Assembly (NCBI RefSeq): GCF_036321535.1
Contig: NC_087436.1
Location: 100,132,001 to 100,196,000 of the forward strand
Direction: 5' to 3'
Source: Camelus dromedarius
Lineage: Eukaryota
Length of the DNA: 64,000 nt
Shown here piece after piece: positions 39,665 to 53,394 of this stretch (the first letter of the stretch is position 1; every line of letters begins with the position of its first letter). The position numbers and the translations under genes were made by a program. Under the pieces are notes generated by a model, which saw only the letters and a list, made by a program, of their open reading frames with translations, made no database searches and was not told the origin of the DNA.

Positions 39665-42155
39665 GAAAAATGTTCCTCCACTTCAAAATTTATCTTGCGG
39701 GACTCCTACTGATTTAATAGCTGAAGTTTTTCTGCTATACTTTTGTCTTAATTTTTTATCCTGTAGTCTTCTTAGGAAGGTTTGGATCAGTAGCAATAGA
39801 CTTAAATTCTATATGTGCCCTTTTTCTACCTCAGTTCAGCCAGAACTCCTGACAGAAGTATGAACTACTGCAATTTTAGAATTTTAGAATATGGAATAAT
39901 TTTCATGTTGTGAGTTAGAGTTTTTGATCCATCAAAAAAAGCAACATATTGAAGAACTAAACTGTATATTTCAAAAGCTAATGATGACAGTCAACATAAC
40001 TATTTAAAACCCAGCTGGTACCCTACTATTTCAAATGGAGGAGTTTTGATAGGGTTTACTCACATATAAACCTTAGTCTCCCTTGATGATTTTATTTGTA
40101 TGATTAACCTGTAACAACCTCCACAGTTTGAGACAAATTGAAATACAGACAAGCATCAGTGATTAGACAATAGAAACAATGTAAGTTGCAAGTAAAGTAA
40201 ATCTATGTAGTATTTATAGATACTCAGCGATTACAAACATATGAGATAATTACCCTTACAGATATTTTCAAAGATGTAAAAAAAATTGTTGCTTAAATAT
40301 TTTTCCAAAAATGAATACAGGTAAAAAATCTGTTAGTTGAAAATATGAGCTGATACTCAAAGAACTGCAACTGTTTTGAACTTTCTTACCTATTCATTTA
40401 CTGGCAGAATGATTCTTTATCCCTTGAATATTCCTGCCTCCAAATGATGCGTGCCTCGTGGTCTGTCTGTTGCTATCACTTCCCTCCTACCTGGTTATTT
40501 AGCACAGTTTCAAAAACCAATTCATTTTGTCCTTGAAGAATTTCTTCTACTTGTCTTGCTTACAAAAAGTCATTACAGAGTACTTTGGAATAATCCCAGA
40601 TTTTCAGATATAATGAGAGAGAACAGGTGCACAGAGAATGAGAAGAATTCATTATGCACATTATTGTTTTTTTTTTTTTATTTTGGAATAGGGTGAGTCT
40701 AATTCGTTAGATCCATCAAAATAAAGCCTAGTATCATATTAAAGGACTTACCACTACATATTTTTAAAGATGGAGAAAAAAATCTGGATGAGTGAGTCAA
40801 GCAACAAACTAGAAGCATATGCCTGTGAAGTATTATCTGTGTATTTACTAACTGGTCTTGTGACTTTGGAATGTGACTCAGTATTCTGGACTCCATTGCT
40901 CTTAATGTGCTCAGTAGGAAGAAGGAATTCAAACATATGTGGTGAATGAAAATGAGCTAATAAGCCCAAAATTCTAGTTTCAATTAAAGTACTGTGATTA
41001 AGTAAACAATGATGAAGTTTGCTATGTGGAAGTAAGTTTTTTAAAATTATGCATATATGAGTATATTGAAGAATTTGTGTTTTTTAATAATCGCAATGAC
41101 TAAATTAAGTGTTGTATCAATATGTATACCAAAAATAAATACAAAATATTTTATTCAGTATATCAGAGACAATATAAAGTTATTTTGGTACTTGTAACTG
41201 AGTTGTATATTTATTTTACAAAGTAACCTAAAAGTTTAAAACTAGCTTATGTATTAAAAAGTCAGATGTGCAGACCACTCACATTATTAAGAAAATATTG
41301 TCTATTATTATTTTCCTTCAATGTATACCCATAATTTTATATTACATTTTCAGAAGGTTTGCTATCATTTACAATGTTGATGGTAGTGATGATGGTGATG
41401 ATGTCAACATTTATGTAGGGTGAACTGTATGCCTGGGTCTGTGCTTGCCATGCAATATATCACTGAGATACTTCACTGAGTATAATAAATATGTTTTAAA
41501 AACTTTAAAGGAGGATACATTTCATGCTAATGTTATTAGTCAGTTAGAAAACATTAGAGATGATTATCTTGGTACCAGAAGAGAGTTTTGTACTGAAGGT
41601 AAGAGTGTAAGAGCTTAAACTCTTAGGTTAAACTTGTAGTTTGGAAAAGAAAACAAAAACAAAAAGATGGTTTATATGGAGCCAGTAACAACACCAATAT
41701 TTTGGTGAAGGATAAAGAATGAAGCCCCTGAACAAAAGATTGAGAAGATGTTGGCACCAAGGAGAGAGTGTTATTTGAGAATAAATGAGTAATCAATATG
41801 TGAACTATGTTCAAATATTAAGGATTGAAAAGTGTTCATTTGATAGAATGACAGACTAATTGGGTGGATATAAGATTGCAGTGGGGATAGAAATGGAATA
41901 AAAGTCAGTGTGAACAATGATGCAAAATTTTTGACTTTGAAAGGAACTTTTCAAGGTAAATCAGAGTAAGTCAGAACCAGGAAATGAAACAAAAAATACA
42001 GGGTTGAAAGAGTTTGATTTTAGAAGAGAAAATAATTGAGGCACACTTAGATGCTACTGGAAAGATGCTGGGAAGAATGAGAAGCTACAAAAAAGTCATT
42101 CATTTTTAAGGCAAGATATCTGAATTGCAGGGGTGGAGAATGGTATCCATTAGAG

Positions 42156-42232
42156 CAGTGGTTCTCAACTGGGAACCATACCTGCCCCCAACCCCCACCT
42201 TCTAGAAGCACTTCAGATTGTCACAACCAGGA
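42156..42232 (+). mobile_element. MER20-like hAT fragment
   Basis: cagtggttctcaactggg...ttgtcacaac. Confidence 0.6.
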
Positions 42233-43179
42233 AGCCATCAAATGACATTAATGGTAAAAGACTGTAGAATAAAGACACCTACAAATAAATTTTAAAAAAT
42301 AGAAGAGTAGTTAAGAAAATATATAAAGATTGACAGGTGATACTGAAAGCCAGTTGAGGTTGTTAACTATGAATTTACTGGAAGTTTATATGTATTTCAA
42401 AACTACCCAGAAATCCTGATGGGTGATTTAAGAAGACTGGTTGATAGGGTCCCATTTGAAGACTTTTTTACAGGCATGAAATAGAAGGTGAGGCTAGGTA
42501 AGAGTAATCATACCATAAAGTTAAGCCATATGGATGGTGAATTGAGATAAAGATACGGATGAAAGGTGGAAAGAAAGACAAGTCAACAGACTGGTATCAA
42601 TCTGGTATATTGGGATTAATGGGTGACTATTATTATTTAAAGTTTATTAGCTTTTTGATAATGACTCTTTAGATTGTGTTATACTTCCAAATGATTTTTT
42701 TAAATTATATGATTTATTAGTGATTTGGCTCATTTTGGTCATTCATATCATTTTCCCAATGACTCATGACATATTATGAAATTTATATTTTATATACATT
42801 ATATACATTTTATATGATATATTTTAATCATAATACAGGAATAAATTCAATCAAGTTTGGTAAATACAGTCTTTAGCACATTTGTCTATACAAATTACTC
42901 AAATACATTTTGAATATTCATATTACAAAATTAATATTTGTCAAAAAAGTTAAATAATAGAAAGAGAAAAACAAAATCAAATTTTGAGAACAGGGAAGTT
43001 TTTTCTTTCTTTTTCATCTTCTTAAAAATTGCAATTTAAGTGACAAAGAAAATTTGAATAACATATACCTGGGATTGTCAGGCAGGAGGAGGGTATTGAG
43101 ATAGGAAAGCACTGACCGTATTCAAATATTCTGGTATATTGTCCTTCAACTTTTTTTTTGAGGGTTGACTATCACTTGC

Positions 43180-43465
43180 ACTTTCATTCCAGAAATATTT
43201 TCTCAGCACCTGCTAGGTCCTTGGGGTGTGCCAATGAACGTGAAACAGAAAGTGCCTGCCCGAGTAGACCTTCTACTCTAGCCAGGGCAGCATGTGATAA
43301 ACAAATACGCAGTTGGATACATAACATGGTATCAGATATGATGAATATTATGAAGGGAAATGAAACAAGCTAAGGAGACAGAATATGACAGAGTGGGGCC
43401 TGCTGTCTTAGATTGGTGGCCCAGGAAGGACTTTAACTGAGTGGACATCTGAAGAGAAATCTGAT
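43180..43465 (-). mobile_element. L2 3' end
   Basis: ttcattccagaaatattttctcagcacctgct...ggcccaggaagg...gacatctgaa. Confidence 0.8.
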
Positions 43466-43535
43466 TCCCGTGTGTTGAAGATGAGAAATAAGAAACTGTT
43501 TGTAGACTCACATGGTAGTTTCTTTTAGTTTTTGC

Positions 43536-43640
43536 CTATAAAACTACAAAGCTCTACTTTATAAAGCTATACTTTATACTATACTTAACTTTATAAAGCT
43601 ATACTTTACTTTATAAAGCTATAAAGCTCTACTTATCTAG
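43536..43640. repeat. Irregular tandem repeat built on ACTTTATAAAGCTATA
   Basis: Three copies at 43556, 43588 and 43608, plus partial copies. Confidence 0.85.
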
Positions 43641-43905
43641 AGCCACAACTTGATAGTGTCTTTTTTAACATTAAAAAAGGACTACTACTTTAGGAATCGT
43701 TAACAAGAGGCATAACGGTTATCATTTAATTATTTGATTTTGAAATTTAGATTACTCTAAGTTAATGGAAGAAATTGAAAATACATATATTTAAATAGAT
43801 ATTTTAAACTATGAGACTGGGCAACATACATTTGGTAGATGTTTTAGATGGTAGACATAGTTTTTCTAAGTGTGTACAATTTCTTTCTCATAATAGACAT
43901 CACAA

Positions 43906-43908
<3 letters not shown>

Positions 43909-43941
<33 letters not shown>
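43909..43941. repeat. (GT)n microsatellite
   Basis: Seen directly. Confidence 0.95.
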
Positions 43942-43942
<1 letters not shown>

Positions 43943-44529
43943 ACTTTCCAGTTTTCCTTCTTAGTACTTAAAACTTTTCTTCGGAAATTCTAACTGCCAT
44001 ATTTAATTTTTAACACCCAGTAAAAGTGTCTGAAAAGTGATACCCATTAGAGAAAGAATGGTAATCTGATGACCGTGCTAGCAGGTGGTGCGGTAATGAA
44101 TTCTCTTTACGGAAAAGAACATTCTTAACTCTCATTTGTCCTGAGAGTTCCATTATATGAAGAGAAGTGAGATTAATCCTCTCTCTAAAAAGGAAACTAT
44201 TGTTAAATAATTCTTAATCTCCAGAAATAGCATCTGTATTTAGGACTATTAAATAAAGCAAAAAACAAGAATAAGTAAATAAATTTAAAAGCTTATCACA
44301 CTTCCAAAAATAATGTTCTGCATATAATCAAAACATTTTTCCCTTTTCAGTGAATCCGGTTTGTAGCCAAAATGTCTGAATACACATTGTTCTGTAACAG
44401 AAAGGAGATGAGGAAAACTAAGAGAAGGCTCAGGAGACTGCACAATGGAATACATTATACAGAAGAGCTGTCTCTGGCCAAGTGGAATTAATTACGTATG
44501 GGAGGTATAATATAAAAATGATAAGATTG

Positions 44530-45240
44530 TTCATTTGAAAAAATATATTTTATTGAGTGATTACTGTGTGCAAAGTAATGTGATAGCTACCACCAATACA
44601 TTGAGATACGGTTCCTGTCTTCATAAAGTATATATTTCTAAGTGCAGATAACTTGAACAAATTTATGAACAAATTCTATTTATATTTAAAACATCATGAT
44701 GGTCCTAGTCTAAAAACTGAATTATAGAGAAGGTTGTGCATGTGTCTGGGGTAGGTGGCGGGGACCAGTAGATCTCTGGAAGGTAGATAAAAGATGTTTA
44801 TTACAAGCTAAAAAGGCTAGGTCCCTGGACTAGTATAATGGGATCAAAATGGAAGGAAGTGCATGGATTAGAAAGATATTTTTGAGGACTTATTCATGAT
44901 TTATGGAGTTAATGGAATTTCAAAGATACTGAGGGGTCAGGGATGAATCCTAGGTTTTAAGTTTGAATATGAGGTATGTGGCTATGCTTTTGATTAAAAT
45001 ATGGAAGACAGAAGGAAACAGGCAACTATTTGGGGGATGAAGGCAAGTGTGGTTCTAGCTTTGAAATATACAGGGTGACTGAGAGGAAGGGCTGGGAGGA
45101 AATGGAGTAGGGAGCTGGATCTTTGGAAGAGGAACTCCGGGGGTACATGGCTAGAAACTGAAAAGCTTTTACCTGATATGTGACTGATGTTTAGCCATTT
45201 GGTTTCCAGGATCACCTGCGGAGTCACTCAAGGGCACAAT
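44530..45240 (-). mobile_element. L2 element fragments
   Basis: tttattgagtgattactgtgtgc, ggggtcagggatgaatcctaggtttt and ggagtagggagctggat motifs. Confidence 0.7.
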
Positions 45241-47248
45241 GTTCATTCTAAGGACCTACCAAACCAAAAGTAACCAGTCTCATGAGGGTATTAATTAGGA
45301 ATGGGAAATGCTGGCAGCTCTTAGGCAGTTAATCCCCTTGGAGCCAGCTGTGAGCTGTACTGTGAAAGGTGTTTTCAAAGAGGCTGCTGTTAGAAAATCT
45401 TTTCAAAATATTGAAATCTGAGCTCGGGTGATTTGAATAGCAAAACTTTGCCTTAAGACCTGTCACTTTTGTGTTACTACTCTCTAACGAGTCCAGGGTT
45501 CAGTAGATTAGCCAGAATGCACTTTTGGGAAAATAATTACTCGTTAAAGTCAAGATAACACAAAGGGTTTAAAGGAGTTTATTTCTCAGTATTATTTCTA
45601 CTCTTATTTCACATTTGTTTCAAGTTTCAACTTGTATGGACTGCTCATAAAACAACTGACTTTTATGAACATACAGCTCCTTCCTGTTCTTCCAAAACCT
45701 GCATAACAAAAACTCAGCCACCTGAGGCTCCTGCTGGCAATATCAAAGACTGAGCGTCCACTTCAAATGCCCTTACACTTTTATCCATTAGGTTATATTC
45801 TCGCATCTCTAAACTCTCTCCCAGGGAGCCTTTCTTGTCTATGCGGTCAAAAGGGAAAGATCATAGAACTTTCAGAGCACCAGCATCCTTCATCTTCCTG
45901 AATCATCTGTTTCACCAGAATAGGGATTTATACAATAGAATCTGCTTTCACAAAGCATGATCTCAAAACACGGCTAAGCTCACCTTAACAGTAAAGCAAC
46001 TCTCCAAGTTACAGCTAAATAATAAAACATGATATGAAAATCATCTGTCCTCTTCAGCACAGTTTTTACTCAGCCAAACAAGTGGTTAGGACCATGGCTG
46101 TGGTTGGCATCTCTCTGAGAATGTATAGCCAAATTTCATTGTTGACGTGAAGTGGAAAAAATAAAATAATTCCTTTTATGTTCTTTTATAAAACTATAAT
46201 CCATGCAAAATCTCATCTATACCATGTGCTGTCCATCTATTATGGCCTCCATTTTAGCTGTGAGATGGTCCATTTCCTAGATAGATAAAGAAACAGATTC
46301 AGATTTTAAACTTGGCTATGCCCCTGCAAAATCTATTCACTCCTCAGCTGAGTTACTCTACTCAAGCTTAATTGCTGGGCATTTAAATGATACTGCTTTA
46401 ATTCACTTCACTGACAATATGCCTACCTAGTGGGGAGACAAGAGAGAAATCCTGTTAATCAAGAAAAAACCAATATGAGTTAATCTTTTACTTCTGCTTT
46501 CACGAGATTGCCTTACACTGTGCTTTTCTTAAATATTTTCTTTCTCTGTTGTATTTGTGGCACTCAGCAGAGTGTAGGGATTTGACCACCATTAGTGATA
46601 ATGAGGACTTCCTTCCCTTTAATAAATCACTGAGGGGGAGTACCACTAACAATTTAATAAATGATGTGACACTGTAGTAGGTAAAGATTAAAGAGAAAAG
46701 ACAACTCCACAGTATTTACCATCTTCTATCTTCTTATTGAAAACATTTTATTTTAAACCCAACAATCACATTAATTTGAAAATATTATATATTTTAATTT
46801 AAAAGTCTAAGTTTTTACGCTTGTGAGTGGGATATATTCTCAGATGTGTGTGCAATTTTGGGGGTTGTTGTTTACGATAAATTATTTGGAAAAAGGTGAA
46901 AAGATTATTTGGGAGACACATAATGGTGATATAGACTATTTGACTTATGAGATAGTTGCCAATTGTTAATTTGTACTATCAGGAACTGATGTTAGGCCTA
47001 CAAATTAAGATAATAGTCATCTCAATTGAAATATTTCCAAATGGATTATATTACAGTGATATGAAATATGGCCCATCAAGTTTCTGCTAATACCAAGTTT
47101 CATTTGGCGAAGGGATATCCTGAAATATGTTTTTTCATCTCCATGTGCTCCCAGAAGCCTGTGCATTTCGATTTGGAAAGTTTCAAAGTTGGGTTTTTAA
47201 AAACGACCTACTTGGCAGCTGTTGCTATTATTCTGTCAAATAACTCAC

Positions 47249-47385
47249 CCATTGTCTCCATCTCAGTGGAGGGTATTTGGGAGGTCCCATAGTTTCTTTC
47301 CAGCTGTTACTTAGTCCTGGATAATGTTTTTGGTTTCGTATGACTCCCAGCATGCAGTCTGCTTCTGACAGCCTCAATAAAATTC
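47249..47385 (-). CDS. Candidate 137-nt exon (ILLRLSEADCMLG...PPLRWRQW)
   Basis: Acceptor ttcattttgcttaaaag; donor TGG|gtgagt; a single open frame (phase 1 to 0). Confidence 0.2.
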
Positions 47386-48159
47386 CTTTTAAGCAAAATG
47401 AATTAAAAGTTGGTGTGAACAAAGTTTAGAAAGAAACAATTAAAAACTCTTTTTGAACTGGCTTATGCCTTGGAAAGTTTCATCTTGAGGAAATCTGTCA
47501 CCTTGTGGGATAAAATACCACAGGCAGCTTTGCAGTAGCCTGATCCTACCTTTTGCTTTTCTTAAAAGAGTTAGAAGAGCTTCTACAGAAGTATCTGGAG
47601 CTTAAGAGCTGGCAGCATCTGTTCAGTATGATAACAGGAGCAGCCTTCTTGGCGGCAGTTTAAACCCTAAAATCCTCAAGTATACCCCAGACCTAGAATC
47701 AGAGAAAAAAGATTGTGTTAAACCACCGTTTCTCAAACTTTCCAAAGGGAATTGCATCTGAGAGCTGCAACTCTCTCTCCCTGTATCCTACCCACCCCGT
47801 GCGTGCGCACACACACATGCACATACAGGCACACATACAGGTGCGTACAAAATATACAGGGAAAATAACATGGTATAGAAGAGTCACATGTGAAATTCAA
47901 GTGAAAACAACCGAGTGTGTTTTAGGAAACTGACTCATGTAAACTCAATGGTTGCTCACTGAAGTATTCAGTGATGACGGCTCCCAGATAATCAAATCAC
48001 CATTGGATCATTGATACACTTATAACTATATATTGCCAGGATATTTTAATTTTCGACAGGCTTTGCCTACTCCCAGCGTATCTTACACTGGCTCTGCCAA
48101 AAGTGTGTATGTTACACAGTGTGTCGTTCTTTACCTGTGCTACTAATCATACAGCAAGA

Positions 48160-48320
48160 TTGCTTGTGTTTGACTCTCAGCTTTGCCCCTTATCAGCTGC
48201 CTCTGTGCCTTAATTCCCTCCCTTGTAAGTAAAAATAGAGCACCATCTCTTATGGTTACTATAAGGATTAAGGTGTTAATATACATAAAGGTCTTAAAAT
48301 AGTGCAAAGCATCTATCTTT
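48160..48320 (+). mobile_element. MIR SINE
   Basis: ctttgccccttatcagctg.cctctgtgcctt...taaggattaa..taatatacataaag. Confidence 0.75.
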
Positions 48321-49294
48321 TTTGTCATGATTTGTATTGTACCCTGATGTCATATACTTAAGATGGAAGCATCAGCAAATGCACTGCAAACTGGTAAAGT
48401 ACGTAGACATTTTATTGTTTCCCTCTAAGATCATGCTTTTCTTCAAATAAATTAACAGACCTATTAAAATGGGAACACACTGACATCTTCCTTAAAAGAT
48501 GAAAGTTGTTTTTTGGATGCTGCATCTACGTAAGCACTGGCAAGAAGCAAGGCTTTATTTCCTCTATTTTTATTACAGCATGCATAAGTGGTATGTTAGA
48601 GATTCCGTATTTAAAAAGTGTAAAATAGAAAAACAGCTTAGAATTTATCAAGCACTAGGTAACAGTTTGCCATTGATTTCAAAATGAAAAAAAAAATGAC
48701 ATCTAAGCATAAGTGGTTAAAGATTAATTCAGGCCCACACATAGAATACCAAAAAAAAAAAAAAAAAAAAAAAGACTATTTCTTGGCTTAGAACTATCTT
48801 TACAGGTTTCCTGAATTTTTCCATTGTTCAACTCATTAGACTATTTAGAAACTGAAGGATGACTAAAAAAATGGCAGTTTCCCCAAAAGTTGGCAGCTTT
48901 CAGTGATTTAATCAATATTTTAGTGATTCATACACAGTCAACTATAATTATTGAGTTCCTTTGTTACACCAAAAAATGACAAAGGAAGACTCTAGAATAA
49001 TTAGTTAAAAGGAAATAGACAGAGGAAAATTTTACTTTTACAAGTATCTTTTTTTCCGGAAAACTAAAGACACAGAGCACTTAAACACATTGAAAAAAAT
49101 GCCCAATGTAAAAATGGACTTATCTGGTTATCACGTCTACTGGGCTTAAATATGATGGCATTTAGGGTCTGAAATGTAAGAAGAGGATGACAGTCCTAAT
49201 TTATATTCTTGCTAGTATTAAAATAGTAATATTTCTTACAGATATGAGGGGTTCAGTAAAGCCATTTGGTCTAGGGCTGTGGCCAGGCATCTGA

Positions 49295-49326
49295 GCTGTT
49301 GCCGCCCTGCCAGCAGGGGGCGCGCG
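49295..49326 (+). promoter_or_regulatory. CTCF binding site (core plus possible upstream motif)
   Basis: CCAGCAGGGGGCGC at 49310-49323 matches the CTCF core; gctgtt lies 15 bp upstream; local CpG cluster. Confidence 0.8.
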
Positions 49327-50749
49327 AGGCCCTCGAGTTCTCCATTAACAGAAAATTCTGCAGGTGCTGAGGCTGGAGGAGATGCTCTCTAAAGGCCTCA
49401 CTAACCACGGTTCCTGTGTTCTCTAGGCCATTTTGAAGATTTCCATAGACTTCAGTTCCAGCTTCATGTTCTTTATTTCTTTCCTTAAGTTCTTAGCGGC
49501 TGAATTTGAAATGTCCCGTTTGTAAACATCCAAAAGTCGGGACAGGAGTTTCAATCCCTCTAAACAATGAGGCTTGTGATAAAGCCCCATTGGTAGAGTC
49601 ACCGTGTAACGCTGCCAGTTTGAGCATTTGGTCAGTCAAAAAAATGCCAATTTATTATATATGGACCTCCCTTTAATTCAGAAGCACCGTAGTTTGAATG
49701 ACAAATTGCATGGCTCCTCTACCCATCGAAATGTAAGGCTTTAGCAGTTATAAAATTCTAGTACTTCCCTGAGAATATCCTTTCTTCCAAGCAATGCTCC
49801 ATCACGGAGTGCATATCAACACTGAGTTCCAAGGGTTCCTTTGCTTCTCTGTGCTGGTAAAGCAATTAGGATTAACATGTTCTCTTGTCTTTATTTTCCC
49901 TGCATCACATCCCAAGCTCCTTCTTAATAAGATGCCCTTTCATCAGCCTCCATCTATGGCGAGGGAACTTGGTCCTCTCACCTGCCTATGCCTTCCATTT
50001 CTATAACTGTCTCAATTTCTCCTTAGTAATAAAGTTCCCAACTAAATTGTCTAGACTAGGGATGCACTGGGGGAAAATACTTAGTAAAGTTTGCTGAAGT
50101 CTTTCTGTTTGGCAAAAACATCAGGAAAGGAAAGAGGAAGTGCAAAATAGGTGGGCCCCAGAGAAGATGGTTTTTCTTCTCTGATATTTTGCATTCCTTA
50201 AGTAGCTCTCACCCTTTGCCCCTTTAAATTTCAGCCTATTTTCTATTTGTCAAATTTAGACCTCAATTTCAAGTTTGCTTCTATTCACTCATTTAATTCT
50301 AACACCTTGCCCTCTAGATTCAAGAGGGAAAAAAAATAGATCAGGCTGTTTTTGAAAAGAGTAATTGAAGAGCAATGGAGGATTTTGAATAACTTCTTTC
50401 TATGGGGAAATTATCGATGGAAAAGGAATGTGCCACTTTAAATTTCATCAGAACAGATGACATGGGACACCCCAAAATGCCTTTCTAAATTCTTATAAAG
50501 AAATAAAAATATCTTTGAATTTAAAAATGAATTTATAGAACTGTATGGTTCCCTGTTGTCTATCAAATTAAGCATACGTTTTAAATTCAGACATCTGATG
50601 TGTTCCAACCTTATTATTTTGAAAAATAAGACAGCTCGTGATTGAGAAATGTTGACGGAGGTCCTGAAATAACAGTTTGCTCATTTCTACACTTAACTCT
50701 TCTTCCCAGGTAACTTGCAATATAGCTCAATGTTTCCTCATCGTTTTGT

Positions 50750-51100
50750 AAACGTGTCTTTTACTCTATGGCTTCTGTGTCTCTTCCCAAGGTAGTCTCC
50801 TGTCCGAGAATGCCATCACTGAACTTGCAGCTCCTGGTGCAATTTTCAACACCCATTTCAGTATCTATCGTCTCCAATATGTTTTGCTTGATGCCCTAGA
50901 AAATCAGATGGCTGATTATTTTATCCATATGTAATGATTTTCTGCAAAGATCTTTGGATTTCCTTTGGGGAATCTTAACTTCTTTGAAGGCAGGGCTATA
51001 ACTTATTAATGTCTGCTCTCCCTGTGATATGCAGACCACATAGTATGTAGAAAATTCTGCAGTATAACCTGCAAACTTCAGATATTTGTTGAATTGAATT
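50750..51100 (+). mobile_element. L2 3' fragment
   Basis: aacttctttgaaggcaggg...atatttgttgaattgaatt. Confidence 0.65.
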
Positions 51101-53394
51101 AGATTTTTTTTTTTTTACAGAAGGCATATAGTTTGGAGTCAAACATTTTGAAAATAGACTTAAGTATAAAAACACCATGCATGATTTATAGGGCAGTGTA
51201 AGCAAGAGCTGCCTGCCATAAGAGATGAATTTATCTTTATCTGTATAGTTCTATTAATTGTTTTACACTTTTATGTAATTATGATGTTTTGGAGTTATTG
51301 CTTTATTTTTTACTATTCTTTTATGAAGTTGATCCTAAGTTTCAGGTCAAAACTATGATTTACAAAAAAAAATCTTTTTCTTTGGGAAGAAATGGTTGCC
51401 TGTATTATGAAACATATCCTAAGAAAATGAATATGAAAAATCAGGTAGTTGCCATGTCTTCTTCCCATCCTCCTGAAAGTCTCATCTTCCTTCAGGATAA
51501 CAGAGATTTTTTAATAATTATAATTGAGATTTTTATAATAATTTTTCAATAAATATATTGAATATAGCACATAGTTAACAAAATTTAATGTTCCTACAAT
51601 TTTTTACACTTTATATCCTATTATAGAATAATCTGACTTAAAATTATTTTATGGAAAAGAAAGCTTAAGATGATGGACACTTAAGCGAACGCTTCTTTTT
51701 AAATGTGGTTGATATTTATATCTTCAAGTCTCTCTCCTGGGCCTCATCTGTCTCTTATACCTTCTTGTCTGTTTATTTATTCAAGTTGGGATGAGGAAGA
51801 AAACAGCTGTTTTTCTTAGAAGAAATGTATGGTGATTTCTATATTTTTTCCAAATGTATTTTCAAATGTGTTGTAGATAACATATCAGAAATATCTTTAA
51901 AACTTTATTGGTTCAGGAAAGTTGTGTAGTACCAAATTTATCCTGGCACCTATAATGAATTTTTGATGTACCAAATGTTCTTTTGAGGACTTGTGTTTTG
52001 AATACAGCGTTTCCATTTTCCTTTGAGAGTTTGAAGAAGAGGAAGTGAAGTCACTAAACAGTTTTTAGAGGTTAAATTTCTCAGTTATAAAAATAAGCTG
52101 AATCACTGCTTACATACAAAATGTACTTAACAAACAAGAAATTTTGCATGAGTACTCCAGTTTGTGAAATAGAAAACAGTCAAAGCTTTATTGTCAAGAT
52201 ATCATAATTGGGAATCTCAAAGAGGATAATCTCCTTGTATAGAAATGGGCACTATTTCAGCTTGCAAGATTCTACCTATATTCTAAATAATACAGCCGAA
52301 GAGCACACAGTTATCTTCAGGTTAGTAAGTGAAGTTTCAAATTAGCTCTGGCAAAAGATAAGAACGAAGACTGAGATGGTCTTAAAAAGTCAATTTCAAA
52401 AATGTCTCCACCTACTCGATTTCTTAAGATTTTCTGATAAAAATTGGCAAAGCAAGTTAATAATATACATATTATATGGGCATGTATATAAGCATGTGTC
52501 TTGAAGATAATATCATGAAATATTAAGCTGATATTTTTCCATTTCTGTAGCAGACAAATCAATTCCTTCTAAAGCCATCAAATATTATAGCTAGTGCAAG
52601 GGGTCAAGAATAAGAACTTCTTCATGAAGAATGAGGAAATGATATAAAGCAAGACCTTCTTTCTTGGAAAGAAAACTGAAACACTTCTGTATAGGACAAC
52701 GTAGAACACAGAAAGAAGAGGTGAGGGAATAAGTAGGTAGGCATGAGTATTCTGGTTCCCTGTCCACACACACATATGCACACACATGCAAAATATTGGG
52801 AGATTATAGAAGAAATTGAAGTGAAAGAAATCTAAAGTAAAACCCATCGCCCTTTTAGTTATCTTCAAAAAGTCTGTTGCCATGGACAAGCCCTCTCTAA
52901 AATAAGCATGGAGTGATTAGGCATTGAAATAACCTCAGCTACTGTCACATGCCTCCTTCAGCTACCACATTGTGTACTTAAAGTACAGAAATTACGAATG
53001 TTTTGTAGCAGACACAGAAGATGTTCATATAAAAGACAGTGCTTCAGGGATTGACTCAGGCAAGAGCCCACAGGTTTAGCAGTAGCTTGAACAGCTAAAA
53101 CAAAGGACTCGTTAGAGAATGAGGGTGTGATTCACGAGACTGCAGTACCATGCAGAGCTAAGGTTTAGCAGATCTTCTATGCTTTCGCTAAGAGTAATCC
53201 CTCCATACTTTGAAAATAAACAGGTTGAGCAATCGGTGATTTTAGATTGGAGACATCTCCCAGAGAGAAGATCCAGAAGACAGTATGTAGCCACTCCCAC
53301 CCTTGAGGACAGAAGAGTGACCCCATTTTCCCATGCCTACAAACCTGAAGCCTCATCTTTCCCCGGACATGAACTCTCATATGTACCCAGCACT

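Noticed and set aside
43536..43640. CRISPR-like repeat array
   Set aside because: Mammalian DNA, no unique spacers, irregular periods and no cas genes.
48751..48773. Retroposed poly(A) insertion or processed pseudogene tail
   Set aside because: No TSD or recognisable upstream body; a simple mononucleotide run.
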